Shown here one piece after another: positions 21,869 to 32,447 of a DNA stretch of 64,000 nt. The DNA is taken from positions 1-64,000 of the forward strand of contig JBFOMH010000015.1 in assembly GCA_040830765.1 (NCBI GenBank), in the 5' to 3' direction. The notes under the pieces were generated by a model. It did not search any database. It saw nothing but the letters and a program-made list of their open reading frames with translations, and was not told where the DNA came from. Made by a program: the position numbers and the translations under genes. This stretch comes from Puniceicoccaceae bacterium. Lineage in GTDB: Bacteria; Verrucomicrobiota; Verrucomicrobiia; Opitutales; Oceanipulchritudinaceae. The number at the start of each line of letters is the position of its first letter. Within the stretch, counting starts at the first letter, position 1.

Positions 21869-24131
21869 ACGAGCCATACACCGTCCCGGGAGAATTTTCC
21901 TGAAGACCCTCATCGTCCACGCCACGCTCTTATGCTGCGCAACGTCGCTGTTCGCCCAGCAGAGTCAGGAGGAAGAGTCCGACCAGCAACCCTTCGGCCA
22001 GATGAGTCCGCCACCGAATTTTGTTCCGCCGCCACCGCCGAACTTTTCCCCACCAAGTGGACCGCCGTCCGGCATCCCGCGTCCGGTCGCCCGCCCGGTC
22101 GCTCGCCCGGTCAACACTCCGCCCGCGGAGGAGGAACTGTTGCAAAGAAGTTCCGATCTGGTTGATAGCGGCGATCCGATGATGCAGGAAACCGTGGGCC
22201 TGATCCGTATTCCCGAAATGGGCACCAATGAAGTGCTGGAAATGCTGGAAAACTTCACTGCCAAACCGATTTTGCGGCAGCAAACCCTGCCCTCTGTGAA
22301 GATTACCTTCTTCAGCCAGAATCCGCTGACCAGAGGGGAAGCCATCACTGCCATCGAGAGTCTTCTGGCCCTCAATGGAATCGCCATCACGACCCTCGGT
22401 GAAAAATTTCTCAAAGCTGTTCCGAGCGCCATCATCAACGCCCAGGTCCCGCGTCCATGGGAAGGCTCCACTTTGGATGCGACTCCCAGCCAGATGATTT
22501 ATGAAAAGCTCTTCGAGCTGGACTTTCTCAGTACGGAGGAAGCCGCCACCCTGCTGCAGCCTCTGATGTCACAGGGGGCTCCCATTGCCTTTGCCAAGAG
22601 CAATCTCATTCTCGTCACCGACGCCCTCATCAACCTGCAACGGATTGAGCGTCTGCTTCCGGTCCTCGACCAACCGGGCAAGTTGCGGACGGAAATGCTC
22701 TTCTTCGAATTGCAGAATCTTGATGCGGAGGAGGTTGTCCGCCGCCTCGAGCAACTGGTGACCGGCGCCCTCAAGAACCGGCTCGAGAACAATACCACCT
22801 TTGATGCGGACGAGCGGACTAACCAGATCATCGTCTTCACCCATAAGTCGAACGTCGAATTGATTAGCCGCCTCATCGGCAAGCTCGACATCGACGTGGC
22901 CCCCAATACCGACACCAACGTCTACTCCATCCGCTACGCCGATGCGGTCGAGGTGGTCAACATCATCGAGCAGGTTGTCACCGGCCAGCGCCAGGTGCGC
23001 ACGGAAACCGGGGCTGACAACAATCCTGCCGCCCAGGCGGCCCGGGCCCGTGCCGCTGCCCAGGTGCGCCAGAACAACCAGGCCGCAGCCGCCGCCCGTG
23101 CCGATGCCTCCAACCTGCAGTTCTCCGATTACCTGACCATTGTCCCCGATGAGCGGGCCAACACCATTGTTGCCTCCGGTACCCACAACGACCTCCGCTA
23201 CCTGGAGCAGCTCATCGAGCAGATCGATACCCTGCTGGCCCAGGTCCGTATTGAAGTTGTCATTACAGAGGTCGGTTTGTCCGATGAGGATGAGCGCGGT
23301 ATCGACAACTTCGGCATAGGTTTTGAGGCTCCGGACCAGTCAAGCATCGACTTCAGCGACCCGGACGGCCAATGGACCCTGAATCCGGGTGGTTTGTACG
23401 GGTTGACATTCCCCACCTTTAGCTGGGGCGGAATCACCGGCACCAGTATTGAAATGGTCCTGACAGCCGCCCAGACCAACTCGAACATCAGTGTTCTTTC
23501 AGCACCGACCATCGTCACCACCCATAACAAGGAGGCCACTGTCTCCGTAGGTGAGGAACGGCCGGTTGTCACCGGAACAACCACCTTCACCACCAGCGAA
23601 GGCGTCCAGGAACAGGTACAGTACCGGGACATCAAGCTGGAACTGAAGGTCAAGCCGCTCATCGGTTCCGACGGGGTCGTGCAGATGGAGATCGAGCAAC
23701 AGATCCAGTCGGTGATCGGGGAGGTCAGTATTGGAACCGGGGACAATCAACGGGACCAGCCCATTATCGGGACACGCTCGGCCAACTCCTATGTCAGTGT
23801 GGGAGATGGAGACCTCATAGCCCTGGGCGGACTGCAGTCTCTGGAAGACAGGGAATCCGGTGGACGGATGGCCATTCTTGGTCGTATTCCTATCATTGGC
23901 GACCTGTTCACGAGCAAGGGAACCACTTATATCAAGACTGAGATCCTCATCTTTATCCGCCCCACCATCATCCGGACAGCGGCTGACGCCGACCGGGATG
24001 CCAACCAGCTCATCGACCAGATCGAGGGCACTGAGAAAATCCGCGGCTACCTGGAAAACGGTACCTTCCGCAAGGAAGAGGAAGCCCCGGCAACCGAAGA
24101 GCGCAAGGTTCCGCGTCGCAATCAACCCTGA
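21861..24131 (+). CDS. gspD: Secretin, GspD
   Basis: Signal peptide, DERTN/DERAN N-domains, QVRIEVVITEV, LSAPTIVT, ALGGL, LGRIPIIGDLF and LIFIRPTI. Confidence 0.92.
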   Translation: MNKRAIHRPGRIFLKTLIVHATLLCCATSLFAQQSQEEESDQQPFGQMSPPPNFVPPPPPNFSPPSGPPSGIPRPVARPVARPVNTPPAEEELLQRSSDLVDSGDPMMQETVGLIRIPEMGTNEVLEMLENFTAKPILRQQTLPSVKITFFSQNPLTRGEAITAIESLLALNGIAITTLGEKFLKAVPSAIINAQVPRPWEGSTLDATPSQMIYEKLFELDFLSTEEAATLLQPLMSQGAPIAFAKSNLILVTDALINLQRIERLLPVLDQPGKLRTEMLFFELQNLDAEEVVRRLEQLVTGALKNRLENNTTFDADERTNQIIVFTHKSNVELISRLIGKLDIDVAPNTDTNVYSIRYADAVEVVNIIEQVVTGQRQVRTETGADNNPAAQAARARAAAQVRQNNQAAAAARADASNLQFSDYLTIVPDERANTIVASGTHNDLRYLEQLIEQIDTLLAQVRIEVVITEVGLSDEDERGIDNFGIGFEAPDQSSIDFSDPDGQWTLNPGGLYGLTFPTFSWGGITGTSIEMVLTAAQTNSNISVLSAPTIVTTHNKEATVSVGEERPVVTGTTTFTTSEGVQEQVQYRDIKLELKVKPLIGSDGVVQMEIEQQIQSVIGEVSIGTGDNQRDQPIIGTRSANSYVSVGDGDLIALGGLQSLEDRESGGRMAILGRIPIIGDLFTSKGTTYIKTEILIFIRPTIIRTAADADRDANQLIDQIEGTEKIRGYLENGTFRKEEEAPATEERKVPRRNQP

Positions 24132-24143
24132 TGGAAGACATTG

Positions 24144-24734
24144 ATGTTGGATCCCAAGCACAGATTCCTCATGCTTCTCCTGCTGGCAGCCTTGCTGGCC
24201 GGACCAGCTGTTGCTGATGAGGAATCCGGCGGAGCAACACTCATCACGAAATCCCCTTTCCTTCCCCCGGACTTCAATCCGCCGGGGAGCGGAGCGGGTG
24301 ACCCGTCCATGCCAGCCTCAGCCAGCCAGTATCAGTTCCGCGGCGTTTACCAAATGGGTGGCGAGTATTACTTTAATCTCTACAACACGCGTGACAAAAG
24401 CGGAACCTGGGTCACCGAAAATGAATCCGGAGGCGACTCACCCCGAATCGTCCGTTTCAATCTCGATGAAGATGTTCTGGTTGTCGAGGTTTCCGGGGAA
24501 CAAGTCAGCCTGGAACTGGTCGAGACCAGCGACCGGACCCTCCCGGTTGCCAGTGCGCCCCGGCCAACACCTGCCACCCGGCCAGCGACAACCACCCAGG
24601 GAACGGCCGTCCGGCAAACGACCACCCCGGTCCGCCGCCGGGTCATCCGGCCCAGCACCCGCAACACAACCAGCACGGCAGCCCGGCGTCCCACCATCCC
24701 GGCCAACAACAACCAGCAGCAACCACGACCATGA
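24144..24734 (+). CDS. T2SS-associated exported protein, possibly GspC/PilP-like
   Basis: Hydrophobic N-terminus, SPF motif, beta-rich FRGV core, Thr/Arg/Pro tail; lies between gspD and gspE. Confidence 0.5.
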   Translation: MLDPKHRFLMLLLLAALLAGPAVADEESGGATLITKSPFLPPDFNPPGSGAGDPSMPASASQYQFRGVYQMGGEYYFNLYNTRDKSGTWVTENESGGDSPRIVRFNLDEDVLVVEVSGEQVSLELVETSDRTLPVASAPRPTPATRPATTTQGTAVRQTTTPVRRRVIRPSTRNTTSTAARRPTIPANNNQQQPRP

Positions 24735-26422
24735 GCTCACCAACAGAAGCCTCCCCTGAGCCGGTTCTCGGCGCCCTGGACCCTGACCAGCGGGCAAATC
24801 TAGATGGTGCCCCGCGGCAAAACCGCCTCGCCCTCCTGGCCCAACTGAGACGCGAGCCCGAAGGCGATGTCCTGCACGCTTTGGCGGAGGAAGCCGGCCT
24901 GAAGGTACTGGAAGACTTTGAACTGCCTGATGATGCGGCGGAGATTCTCCCCCTGCGGATCATGCACGAATACCAGTGCCTGCCTTTCATCAGCGAAGGG
25001 GGTCCGGAAGACCAGATTTCCCTCGTTACCGTATGGCCGGCTTCGGAGGAAATGAACGAATGGGTCCTGGCCGTCAGCGGTAAAGCACCCGTCTGGCATC
25101 TCGGTCAACCCAATCGTATCAGCGATACCATTACACAAAGGTATGGCGTCGGGGCCGATTCATTGATTGAATCCGACATCGCCACGGAGGACTCGGGGCG
25201 CCTGGAAGAAGTTGAGGAGGATGAAAACGCCGCCCTTATCCGCTTTGTCAACGAGGTCATTGCCAAGGCCGTCGATGACCGGGCGACGGACATTCATTTT
25301 GAACCGCTCAAGGAGTCCCTGCAGATTCGTTACCGAATCGATGGTGAGCTGGTCCCCATCCGGGTGCCGGACAACCTGATCCGCTTCCAGGGGGCCATTA
25401 TCTCCCGGCTCAAGATCATGGCCAAGCTCAACATCTCCGAAAAGCGTCGCCCGCAAGATGGCCGGATCGTCTACAAGGGAAAGAACACCGAGCTGGACAT
25501 CCGTATTTCCACCATGCCCACGATGTACGGGGAAAGCGTTTCGCTGCGTCTTCTCAACCAAAAAAACCAGCCCCTCTCCATGGAGGAACTGGGCATGCTC
25601 AAGAACGACCAGAACCGCATCAAGCGCGTCCTCGACCTGCCCTACGGCATTATTCTCGTCACCGGTCCGACCGGTTCCGGTAAGTCAACCTCCCTGACGG
25701 CCTTTATCCGGCAGATCAATTCGCCTGGACGCCGTATCATCACGGTGGAAGATCCGGTGGAGTATGAAGTCGAGGGGGTCAACCAGACCCAGGTTCACTC
25801 GGAAATCGGGTTTACGTTCGCCAGTGCCTTGCGTCACATCCTGCGTCAGGATCCGGATGTTATCATGGTCGGGGAAATTCGCGATTCGGAAACGGCAGAC
25901 ATCGCCATCCGCGCCGCCCTTACCGGCCACCTGGTCCTGAGCACGCTCCATACGAACGACGCCCCCGGCGCCTTGACCCGGCTCATCGACATGGAGATCG
26001 AGCCCTTCCTTATCGCCTCGGCCGTGGAAATGATTCTCGCCCAGCGATTGGTGCGGCGCCTGTGCCAGAAATGTGCCCGCCCCGGCGACTATTCCCAGCA
26101 CTACCTCCAGGAATGTCTGCAGGCCCTCGGCCTGGAACCTACCCCGGAGCGCCTCGCCGCAAAAATCCTCGAGCCCATCGGCTGTGAGGCTTGCCGCGGC
26201 CTCGGATACCAGGGCCGGGTCGGTCTCTTCGAAATCCTTCGCGTCGATGATTCCATCCACGAGATGATTGTCCAGAAACGCTCCGCCCGGGATATCCGGC
26301 AGGAAGCCCTTGGTTATGGAATGACCACCCTCCAGATGAGTGGCTGGGAACAACTGTCGCTGGGAAGGACTTCCCTCAATGAAATCATGCGTTACAGCAT
26401 GGGAGAGGAAGCGGAGGAATAG
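24731..26422 (+). CDS. gspE: T2SS assembly ATPase GspE/PulE
   Basis: [51 protein letters not shown] and two CxxC motifs. Confidence 0.94.
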   Translation: MSSPTEASPEPVLGALDPDQRANLDGAPRQNRLALLAQLRREPEGDVLHALAEEAGLKVLEDFELPDDAAEILPLRIMHEYQCLPFISEGGPEDQISLVTVWPASEEMNEWVLAVSGKAPVWHLGQPNRISDTITQRYGVGADSLIESDIATEDSGRLEEVEEDENAALIRFVNEVIAKAVDDRATDIHFEPLKESLQIRYRIDGELVPIRVPDNLIRFQGAIISRLKIMAKLNISEKRRPQDGRIVYKGKNTELDIRISTMPTMYGESVSLRLLNQKNQPLSMEELGMLKNDQNRIKRVLDLPYGIILVTGPTGSGKSTSLTAFIRQINSPGRRIITVEDPVEYEVEGVNQTQVHSEIGFTFASALRHILRQDPDVIMVGEIRDSETADIAIRAALTGHLVLSTLHTNDAPGALTRLIDMEIEPFLIASAVEMILAQRLVRRLCQKCARPGDYSQHYLQECLQALGLEPTPERLAAKILEPIGCEACRGLGYQGRVGLFEILRVDDSIHEMIVQKRSARDIRQEALGYGMTTLQMSGWEQLSLGRTSLNEIMRYSMGEEAEE

Positions 26423-26430
26423 CCTGACCC

Positions 26431-27690
26431 ATGCCACGTTTCTCCTACAAGGCACTGGACAGCACCGGCCGACAGGTTACCGGTGAAGCCGAATCGACGG
26501 ACCGCAAGCGGCTCCTGCAGCAACTTTCGCAGAAGGGTCTGCGGCCCATTGCCGTTGAATTCCTCGGGGAGCAGGTAACCTCCGATGAAGCAGTCGAGGA
26601 CCTGGACTTCTTCAAGAAGTCGGGACGGGCCAGCCGCCTGAACCTCTTCAAGCGCTCCAACAGCAAGGTCGCCCTGGAGTTTCTCAAGCGTGTCCTTGTC
26701 CTCCTCTCCTCCGGTATGTCCATCGGGGACACCGTGAGCCTGCTCAGCCGCCGCCTCACCGATCCGCAGATGAAGTCCCTCTGTGAGTCGATCTGGCGCC
26801 GCCTCAGCGAGGGACAGACCCTCGCCAGTGCCATGCGTGCCGAGGAAGGGATTTTCGCGCCCTCGACCATCCACCTGGTCGAGGCCGGGGAATCCAGTGG
26901 CAATCTCATTGTGGTCCTCGAACGGGTTGTCGCTTACCTCGAGGAAGCCCGGGATGTCCGCAAGCGGCTCCTCAGTAATCTCAGCTACCCCGCGGTGGTG
27001 CTCTCCACGGCGGTTCTCGTGATTGTCATTCTCCTGACCTTCCTCCTGCCGAAAATCCAGGACATGCTGGACCAGCTTGGTGGAGAGTTGCCACTTATCA
27101 CAAAGATGCTCATTGGCGGCTCCAACGCCACCATCACCTTTGGCCCTTATGTCCTTGTCGGGGTCATCCTCCTCGTCCTCGCTGTCCGCCAGTGGAGAAA
27201 GAGCCATGCCGGCCAGAGAAAAACCGATTACTGGCTCCTGAAGTTTCCCATTATCGGAAGAATCTACCTCTACTCGAGCATCTACGGAACCACCAATTTG
27301 ATGTCGACCCTGCTCGGTAGTGGTGTCAACACGACAGAAACCCTCCGCCTCGTCGAACGGACGATTAACAACTTGGTCCTCCGGGGAAAGTTCGCTGCCG
27401 CCCGCAAACAGATCCAGGAGGGGGTCTCCATGGCCACCGCCATTCAACGGGTTCATTATATGCCTGACATGGCGATGGATATCCTCACCGTCGGCGAGAA
27501 CACCGGGAACATCGTCACCAGCCTTGATGACATCAACAAGATCTACCGCGAGGAATTGACCAAGTCGCTGAATCTTCTGACCAACACAACAGTCGTCCTG
27601 GCCCTCGGTGGTGCCATCATGCTGGTCGCAATCATTGCCATCAGTGTTGTCTTCAGCGTTCTCAGCGTCGGCCAGTCCCTCCAGCTCTAG
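26431..27690 (+). CDS. gspF: T2SS inner-membrane platform protein F
   Basis: FSYKALD..G, AGESSGNL, LSYP and VGENTG motifs with three TM segments. Confidence 0.92.
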   Translation: MPRFSYKALDSTGRQVTGEAESTDRKRLLQQLSQKGLRPIAVEFLGEQVTSDEAVEDLDFFKKSGRASRLNLFKRSNSKVALEFLKRVLVLLSSGMSIGDTVSLLSRRLTDPQMKSLCESIWRRLSEGQTLASAMRAEEGIFAPSTIHLVEAGESSGNLIVVLERVVAYLEEARDVRKRLLSNLSYPAVVLSTAVLVIVILLTFLLPKIQDMLDQLGGELPLITKMLIGGSNATITFGPYVLVGVILLVLAVRQWRKSHAGQRKTDYWLLKFPIIGRIYLYSSIYGTTNLMSTLLGSGVNTTETLRLVERTINNLVLRGKFAAARKQIQEGVSMATAIQRVHYMPDMAMDILTVGENTGNIVTSLDDINKIYREELTKSLNLLTNTTVVLALGGAIMLVAIIAISVVFSVLSVGQSLQL

Positions 27691-27845
27691 GCTTCGCAGG
27701 CCCCGTTTGAAGCCGCTCCCCGCGGTCCGGGCCAATTTTTGTTTTGCACATTAACGTTGCTTTATTAATCTCCCAATCCACGCGGTGCGGTTGTCCGTTA
27801 AAGTCACATCAATGGAGTCAACCACCACATTGAATGGAGTAAGCG

Positions 27846-28916
27846 ATGATAGAGCAAATCCACGAGGAACAGATTGGCGAGATGTCGGACGGACGCCCCA
27901 TCAATGCCTATACCCTGCAAAATGAAAAAGGTCTGCGGGCCACTTTTCTCAATTACGGGGGTATACTGGTGGAGCTCGAAGTTCCGGACCGGATTGGAAT
28001 GCCCGACGATGTCACGCTTGGCCTCGATTCCATTGAGGACTACGTGGAAAACAATCCCCCCTATTTCGGGGCCATCGTTGGCCGCTATGCCAACCGCATC
28101 GCCCACGGCAAATTCTCCCTCGACGGGAAGGACTATGAACTGCCCCTTAATGAAGAACAGGGTCACCTCCACGGAGGTCCGGAAGGCTTTTCCCGCAAGC
28201 TCTTCGACAGTACCATCAAGGAAGGCAAGCACGGGCAGGTCCTGGTCCTTTCCTATGAAAGCCCGGATGGGGAAATGGGCTACCCGGGCAAGCTCAGCTT
28301 CCAGGTGGAATTGTCCATCACGCCGGAGAATGGTCTCCGCTACGAGTATACTGCCAAATCCACCAAGCCGACCATCGTCAATTTCACCGCTCATCCCTAT
28401 TTCAATCTTGCCGGTCAGGATTCCGGGACCATCCGGCAACACTCTGTCCTGATTGAAGCGGACACCTACCTGCCCATCCGGGAGGACACCTGTACCCCGA
28501 CAGGCGCGTTTGAGAACGTCACCGACGGTCCCTTTGATTTCAGGAACCTTCAACCCCTCGACCACCGACTTGATTCACCAAATGCCCAAGTCGCCTTCGA
28601 AGGTGGCTTTGACCATAATTTCGTCCTCCGGGAGGACCGGGACTTTTCGGAACCGGTAGCCGCCGTGGTGGAGGAGATTTCCGGCCGCAAGATGGAGGTC
28701 TATACCTCTGAGCCGGGATTGCAGTTCTACACCGGCAACTTCCTCGATGAAACACTGGCCGGCAAAAACGGTTTCTTCTATCCGAAGCATGCTGGCCTCT
28801 GCATGGAAACCCAGCACTTTCCGGATTCCCCCAATTTCGAGAACTTCCCCTCCACCCGCCTCGACAAGGGCAAGACCTTCACCTCCTTCACCGAGTACCG
28901 TTTCGGTTCGGTCTGA
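27846..28916 (+). CDS. galM: Aldose 1-epimerase (mutarotase)
   Basis: GRYANRI, HLHGG, GYPG, HPYFNL, FDHNF, QFYTGN and CMETQHFPD. Confidence 0.94.
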   Translation: MIEQIHEEQIGEMSDGRPINAYTLQNEKGLRATFLNYGGILVELEVPDRIGMPDDVTLGLDSIEDYVENNPPYFGAIVGRYANRIAHGKFSLDGKDYELPLNEEQGHLHGGPEGFSRKLFDSTIKEGKHGQVLVLSYESPDGEMGYPGKLSFQVELSITPENGLRYEYTAKSTKPTIVNFTAHPYFNLAGQDSGTIRQHSVLIEADTYLPIREDTCTPTGAFENVTDGPFDFRNLQPLDHRLDSPNAQVAFEGGFDHNFVLREDRDFSEPVAAVVEEISGRKMEVYTSEPGLQFYTGNFLDETLAGKNGFFYPKHAGLCMETQHFPDSPNFENFPSTRLDKGKTFTSFTEYRFGSV

Positions 28917-28957
28917 AGGGGCAGAGGACAGGGACTATAGGAACGATTTTCTTGTAG

Positions 28958-31492
28958 TTATTTTCTGACGACAATCAGCCAGTCTTCGTGGAGATTGTCC
29001 GGAGGCATTCCCAAATCCACCACACCACCACCGGATACCGAGGGGACCTGACCATCCATCAAGTCCCCGCCCTTGCGGGGATTGAACCAATTCACGGAGA
29101 AAGTTCCCGACTGACCCGTTAGATCCAGACTGCTGCTGCCACCTTCCGGCAAGTAAACCAGGTACAATGTTCCGGACTCGGCAAAGCAGTACCGGGAATT
29201 GTCATCCGATATATTCCCGACCAGATGATTGTGGTTGGACATCCTCCAGAAGGGAATGGCATTGCCGGTAAAGAACTCAAGGGCAACCCGGCAGTAATCC
29301 CATGAACGATCCCGGCTGCGAAAGTCCTCACAGAGCAAGTCCGTTTCCGGAAGCTTGTATCCAAAGTAGTACTCAACTCCGGCCCCACCGGCCATCAAGT
29401 TGCCCCAGAGGGTGTACTTGCGGATGTCATGCAAATCATAATTTTTGCCTTTCCACTCGTGGGAACCGCTGAAGCCTTGATACTCAGGATCAGGAGGGAC
29501 TCCACCATGGTGGGGTCCCTGTTCGTCATTGGCGACAACCCAGGTTCTTCCCGCCAACTGGGCAGCCTTCACCCACTGTAAAGTCCGCTGGTGGACGGTA
29601 TCCCAGGAGTTTTGAAGGGAGGCGCCTGTTAATGCGGATTGGCTTCCTAGCAAAGCCGGATAAACGCTGTCCTGCTGCTCCGGGAAAGTATGGATAACAA
29701 GGTTATGACCATAGGGATCGACCGCGGCCAGATAGGCGGCCATGTCGCGCTGCTCCTCATAAGTCTGGGTATTTTCTTCACCAAGGTTCCAATTGAGGGC
29801 CAGGTTGTGCCCAAAGCGGGCAATGATTTCGCGGAAGTACAATTTGCGTTCGGGTCCAAGCAATCCTGCATCCATCGCTTCAGGAATGACCTTCGGTTTG
29901 CGCTTGTTGCCCTCCCGGTGATCATCGAGCTCATTCTCCTGCAGCTTGAAGTGGAGATGGATGCCCTTGCTCTGGGCATGCTCGAGGACGGTTGCCCATT
30001 GGTCCAGTTTCGAGACATCGTAGCGAAACTTGTCTTCCCTCTCCACAAATGGCCAAACATTGTCCCCGTCCCCGCCGGCGTTGTAGGTCAGGAAGGAGAC
30101 CGTGTTCATGCCTTTTCCCGCGAGATAATTGAGAGCACCAATGAGACTCTTGCCCTTGCCATCCTGCCAGGTCGGATCGCCCACCTTCCAGTCCTGCAGG
30201 TGCGGTTCCCAGGTCTTCAACGGACCCTTATCCGGCTTCCGGGTCTCGGTATTGTCAAAGTCGGTGTAGGCCAGCAGGGTCTCCGGGGCATCCGGACCGG
30301 CCTTCAGGAAATAGCTCTTGTCGCCGGCAAAGCGAAGATGGGAATCCCCAGTGTAGGTCAGCCGACCCCGGGCCCGAAAGTCCACCCCAGTCTTGTCGCT
30401 ATCGGTAACGATAAACGACCCACTGGTCCCATCAAAGGGCCCGCGTGCTGACCCGGCTGCCGGGTCAACCGCCGCCATTGGACCGCTCGCGAAGCGGATG
30501 GTATAAGTCCATTCGCCGGGGACATCCGGACTCAGGTGGGCCCGCCAGATATTGCCCTCGGTCGCCGAAGTCTCCCTGGCATTGCCGTCTGCAGCGAAAT
30601 ATCCGGGAACATGGTAGACATAATCTCCCGATTCATGGCGAAATATGACCGTCATCCGGCAGGCCGTGAAGGGATTGAAGAAGCCATTTGTCTCGCTCGC
30701 CCAGGGACCGGCAAGGTCCAGGGTCACCTTGTGCCAGGTCTGCAAGTCGCCACCGACTGTCACGGTCCCGTCCCCGTCCCGGGTGTCCCGCACCCTGGAT
30801 ACCGGTCCGGCATCCTCGGGGCGTTCAAACTCCGGATCGAGGGTCATCAGCCACTTGTCAAATTCGGTCCCGTCTTCCCGCATGGAGAACATGATGACAT
30901 GCTCCCCAGGCTCCTCGATATCGAGGTATATCAATCCCGGGACGCCCGTATGCACTTCCTCCGTCCGCTGCTTGCTGTCCCAGAACCACTGGTTCTTGGC
31001 CGTCCACTGCATGCGACTGCCCGATGCCGGCCACTCCCCGTTCAGCCCCACGTGCAGTCCGTTGTCCTCGGTATTAGTCGAATACAACCGTGCCCACACA
31101 TAGTAGCGGCCGGGAGTGTTGATTTTCACCTTGTAGTGGAGGGTTGCCATCGGGGTCGGAAAATTGCTGAAGTTCTCACCCCGGATGAGCTTGTCTCCAT
31201 GGCTGCGGCGGGTATCCGGAAGAATTTCCAGGTACAGATCCTTACTGGCCCCGACCACATGGGAGGGATCCCCGTCGGGTTCAGGACCGGTTGAGTTCAC
31301 GGTAAACATGGGGTACCAGGCCCGGACGTCCGTGTCGGTCTGCTTGAAAAAGTGCTCTGCTTCCACCGCCAGCAAGCCGTCCTGCTCCTCGAAGATAAGG
31401 GTTTCCGGGACACCCGTTACGGCAATAGCTTGAAGAAAAACCGGATTGAGGGAAAGAATTAAGGCAAGCATTCGTGAGTAGGTCTTTTGCAT
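28958..31492 (-). CDS. Secreted multidomain putative glycoside hydrolase (DUF5060-like)
   Basis: Signal peptide, VEAEHF...MREDG.EFDK beta-sandwich module, VPGYFAADG, WNLGEEN, NDEQG and a C-terminal WFNPRKG module; family assigned from recalled motifs. Confidence 0.65.
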   Translation of the reverse strand: MQKTYSRMLALILSLNPVFLQAIAVTGVPETLIFEEQDGLLAVEAEHFFKQTDTDVRAWYPMFTVNSTGPEPDGDPSHVVGASKDLYLEILPDTRRSHGDKLIRGENFSNFPTPMATLHYKVKINTPGRYYVWARLYSTNTEDNGLHVGLNGEWPASGSRMQWTAKNQWFWDSKQRTEEVHTGVPGLIYLDIEEPGEHVIMFSMREDGTEFDKWLMTLDPEFERPEDAGPVSRVRDTRDGDGTVTVGGDLQTWHKVTLDLAGPWASETNGFFNPFTACRMTVIFRHESGDYVYHVPGYFAADGNARETSATEGNIWRAHLSPDVPGEWTYTIRFASGPMAAVDPAAGSARGPFDGTSGSFIVTDSDKTGVDFRARGRLTYTGDSHLRFAGDKSYFLKAGPDAPETLLAYTDFDNTETRKPDKGPLKTWEPHLQDWKVGDPTWQDGKGKSLIGALNYLAGKGMNTVSFLTYNAGGDGDNVWPFVEREDKFRYDVSKLDQWATVLEHAQSKGIHLHFKLQENELDDHREGNKRKPKVIPEAMDAGLLGPERKLYFREIIARFGHNLALNWNLGEENTQTYEEQRDMAAYLAAVDPYGHNLVIHTFPEQQDSVYPALLGSQSALTGASLQNSWDTVHQRTLQWVKAAQLAGRTWVVANDEQGPHHGGVPPDPEYQGFSGSHEWKGKNYDLHDIRKYTLWGNLMAGGAGVEYYFGYKLPETDLLCEDFRSRDRSWDYCRVALEFFTGNAIPFWRMSNHNHLVGNISDDNSRYCFAESGTLYLVYLPEGGSSSLDLTGQSGTFSVNWFNPRKGGDLMDGQVPSVSGGGVVDLGMPPDNLHEDWLIVVRK

Positions 31493-31651
31493 ATTTCTCC
31501 TCTAGCAAATTGGGTTATTCTTCGAAAGGCATTAAACATCCTTCAAATAGGAAAACCCCGAAAAATCTTCTAACCCATTCAAAAATCTGAAGGTGGCCTT
31601 CTCCTGCCTTCGGGAGATTGCGCAAAATCAGGGCTGAACCAAGAAATCGAC

Positions 31652-32431
31652 TCAGGCCAACCCGCGCTCGCTGGCCTTGATAAAGCCAATCGCTTCATCA
31701 ATAAGGTTGCCCTTGCCGAGTTGGCCCGATTCGAGGGCTTCCAATGCCTGGGACCGGTTCAGTCCCTTGCGGAAGACAAGGCGGTAGATGCGGCCGGCCA
31801 GCTTGATTTCCTCCTCGGAATAACCGGTCCGTTCCATGCCCACCTTGTTGATGGTCCGGTGGGTGGCCGGGTAGCCTTCAGCCATCATCCGCGGCAGGAC
31901 ATCCTGGAGCAGCTTGCAGCACCCGCCAATCATCGCCCCGCTGCCAACCTGGCAGAACTGATGCACGGCCGTCAGGCCGCCGATTATGACATGGTCCCCG
32001 AGCCGCACGTGCCCGCCGAGGGTGGCGTTGTTGCTAAGAATGCAATGGTCCCCGACGCTGCACTCGTGCCCAATATGGCTGTAGGCGCAGAACAGGTTGC
32101 CGGAGCCAATCCGGGTCTCCTTATCGGCGAAGGTTGCCGGATGGACCGTGCAGAACTCACGGAAAATGTTTTTGTCGCCGATAACGACCGGGGCCTCGTC
32201 ACCGGTCCACTTCTTGTCCTGGGTCCGGCCACCGACGAGGGCATAGGGAAAGACCTCGTTACCGGAACCCATGGTCGTGTTCCCCTCCACCGTGGCATGA
32301 TGATGCAGGCGGCAGCCGGGTCCGAGGCGGACCATCGGTCCGACGTAGGCATAAGCCCCGACCTCGACATCGGCAGCCAGCTCGGCGCCGTCGTCAATAA
32401 TGGCCGTTGGGTGTATGCGGGTCGTTTCCAT
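31652..32431 (-). CDS. lpxA: UDP-N-acetylglucosamine O-acyltransferase
   Basis: IHPTAII, hexapeptide repeats, HIGHEC, LGGHV and VHQFC. Confidence 0.93.
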   Translation of the reverse strand: METTRIHPTAIIDDGAELAADVEVGAYAYVGPMVRLGPGCRLHHHATVEGNTTMGSGNEVFPYALVGGRTQDKKWTGDEAPVVIGDKNIFREFCTVHPATFADKETRIGSGNLFCAYSHIGHECSVGDHCILSNNATLGGHVRLGDHVIIGGLTAVHQFCQVGSGAMIGGCCKLLQDVLPRMMAEGYPATHRTINKVGMERTGYSEEEIKLAGRIYRLVFRKGLNRSQALEALESGQLGKGNLIDEAIGFIKASERGLA

Positions 32432-32447
32432 GAGCGCCCGTCCGGGG

